From Eledone cirrhosa (lineage: Eukaryota), in the NCBI GenBank assembly GCA_964016885.1, contig OZ024743.1, positions 247,628,001 through 247,692,000 of the forward strand: a stretch of 64,000 nt of DNA. The letters run 5' to 3'. Both the position numbers and the translations under genes were made by a program. Shown here in pieces: positions 61,885-64,000 of this stretch; positions within the stretch are counted from its first letter, which is position 1, and every line of letters starts with the position of its first letter. Below the pieces are notes generated by a model. That model did no database searches, had not been told where the DNA came from, and saw nothing but the letters and a program-made list of their open reading frames with translations.

Positions 61885-64000
61885 TCCTAAATAGAACTAC
61901 TGTGACAATAATATCCGCGTATGCACCCCAATCCGGACTGCCTGATGTTATAAAAGACAGATTCTATGAGTCGTTAATGCTCACTACCTCCCAAATAACC
62001 AACAGTGACTACATAATTATTGCCGGTGACCTAAATGGTCACGTTGGACAACATTGTGACGGCTATGACGGAATCCATGGAGGCTATGGGTTTGGTACTA
62101 GAAATGAGGAAGGCTCCAGAATCCAGGAATTCTGTGACGCAAATAACCTAACTATCTGTAACACAAACTTCAGAAAACGAGACAATCACTTGATCACCTA
62201 CAGATCAGGGGAACACGCCAGTCAGATAGATTATATCCTTACCAGAAGACATGACAGAGTGTCTGTTGTAAATCCCTCCCCCATGAAGAATGCACCTCCC
62301 AGCATAGCCTCATAGTTAGCGACCTCATAGTCAGGACGAGATGTACTCGACAACAGAGGAGAACTACTCTAAGGAGAAGAATATGGAAGTTAAAGGACCC
62401 CACAGCCAGTAATAAATTTAAAAGCATATTACTTGATGATTTTGACAGTAAGGAAGAGCAATTAGAATCATACAATATAGAGGAACAGTGGGAATTCCTG
62501 AAAGCTAACCTGCTGAAGGCGACAGATGAAATCTGTGGCTGGAGCAAACCTATAGGCAGGAGGAGAGTAACTTGGTGGTGGAACAGTAAGGTGGAGGAGT
62601 CAATCAAGGCCAAAAAGCAGGCTTGGAAAGCATGGCGGGGGGGGGGAGTAGAGAAGACTATCAAGTGGCAAGGAGGGAAGCTAGGAGACAAGTGTACTTC
62701 GCAAAAAGGGAAGCAGAGGAAAGAAAGTTCAAGCATGTTCTACTACGAGAGGACCAAAAACGCGAGGTGTTCAGGATTGCTAGGCAATGTGTCAAGGAAA
62801 ACCGTGATATTGTCGGGGAGAAGTGTGTCCGTAATGATGATGGTGTACTTGCCATCACTGACGCTGATAAGAAGGTAGCTTGGAAGTGTCACTACGAGGG
62901 GCTACTAAATGAGGAGAATAAATGGGACAAAGACAGTCTGCCCCACAACGATCCAATAGAGGGAACAGCAGTGCAAGTCGAAGGTAGTATAATAAGTAAG
63001 GCAATCAAAGATATGAAGACAGGCAAGGCGGCTGGGCCTTCGGAAATAGTTGCTGAAATGCTGAAATCATCTGGAACGGTGGGACACACTATGGTGCCCC
63101 GGATAGTAAACCAAGTCAGACAGAATGGGGTCATACCAAAGGACTGGCGTAGCATCATCATCATTAACTGCTACAAGGGTAAAGGAGATGCCCTAGATAG
63201 GGGAAACTATAGAGGCATTAAATTGATTGACCAGGTCATGAAGGTCACAGAAAGAGTTATAGCGCAACTAATCAGAGAGCAAATTGAGCTAGATGAAATG
63301 CAGTTCGGGTTTGTGTCAGGTAAAAGTACCACAGACGCTCTTTTCCTTGTTCGACAACTACAGGAGAAGTACCTAGCTAAAAGTAAACCCCTATACTTAG
63401 CTTTTGTTGACTTGGAAAAAGCCTTTGTCCCTCGCTCCATTATCTGGTGGGCTCTCAGAAAACTAGGTGTCGATGAATGGCTTGTGAGAGCTATACAAGC
63501 CATGTATAAAGAAACAGTCAGTAAGGTTAGAATTAACAACGAATATAGTGAAGAGTTTAGCGTAAAAGTTGGTGTTCATCAGGGCTCTGTTCTCAGCCCC
63601 CTCCTATTTATTATTGCCCTTCAGGCTATAACAGAGGAGTTCAAGACCGGCTGCCCATGGGAACTTCTATACGCAGATGACCTAACGCTCATAGCTGAAT
63701 CGATGGCTGAACTGGAGAAGAAATTCCAAACATGGAAGCATGGCCTAGAATCAAAAGGCCTTAAAGTTAACTTGTCTAAGACTAAATTGCTAGTATGTAG
63801 GAAGGAGAATAGGGCACTGGTCCCATCTGGGAAATGGCCATGCTCAATGTGTAGGAAAGGCGTAGGCAGAAACTCCATTTTATGTCCCAAATGCAAAGTA
63901 TGGGTGCATAAAAGATGTAGTGGGACCACAGGTAAGCTAACTAAGAATATAGATTTTATATGTGGCCGGTGCTTAGGTGCAATAAGTAGTAGCAAGTGCC
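61885..64000 (+). mobile_element. RTE LINE pseudogene running off the window
   Basis: ISAYAPQ, AGDLNGHVG, QIDYIL, NYRGIKL, GVHQGSVLSPLLF, LLYADD; same family as 57465-60140. Confidence 0.92.

Noticed and set aside
56558-63995. Long antisense ORFs over RTE elements
   Set aside because: Shadows of the sense LINE coding frames with no independent motifs.

Overview
Eukaryotic, AT-rich, repeat-saturated genomic DNA with no recognisable host gene, rRNA, true tRNA or CRISPR array. The SINE repertoire and the (TA)n/(CA)n/(ATGT)n density suggest a cephalopod (octopus-like) genome; this is an inference. The window is a mosaic of retroelements: Tx1-type L1, CR1, RTE, CRE and R4/Dong LINEs, a Gypsy LTR+PBS, several SINE families, and small DNA-transposon derivatives (piggyBac-like MITE, mariner derivative, Helitron). 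The most notable part is 21.1-44.2 kb, a nest of about eight Penelope-like element (PLE; RT + C-terminal GIY-YIG) insertions of several lineages sitting in TA microsatellites. Four are head-to-head fold-back insertions, including an apparently perfect 2.29-kb palindrome. They carry hammerhead-ribozyme motifs, one with a ~114-nt stem II, and share a conserved 3' terminal sequence whose final ~40-nt tail is present on only one arm. Inverted PLE insertions, 3' tails and PLE hammerheads are known in general; the specific regularities reported here are candidates for novelty. All calls were made by eye without searches, and boundaries of old fragments are approximate.
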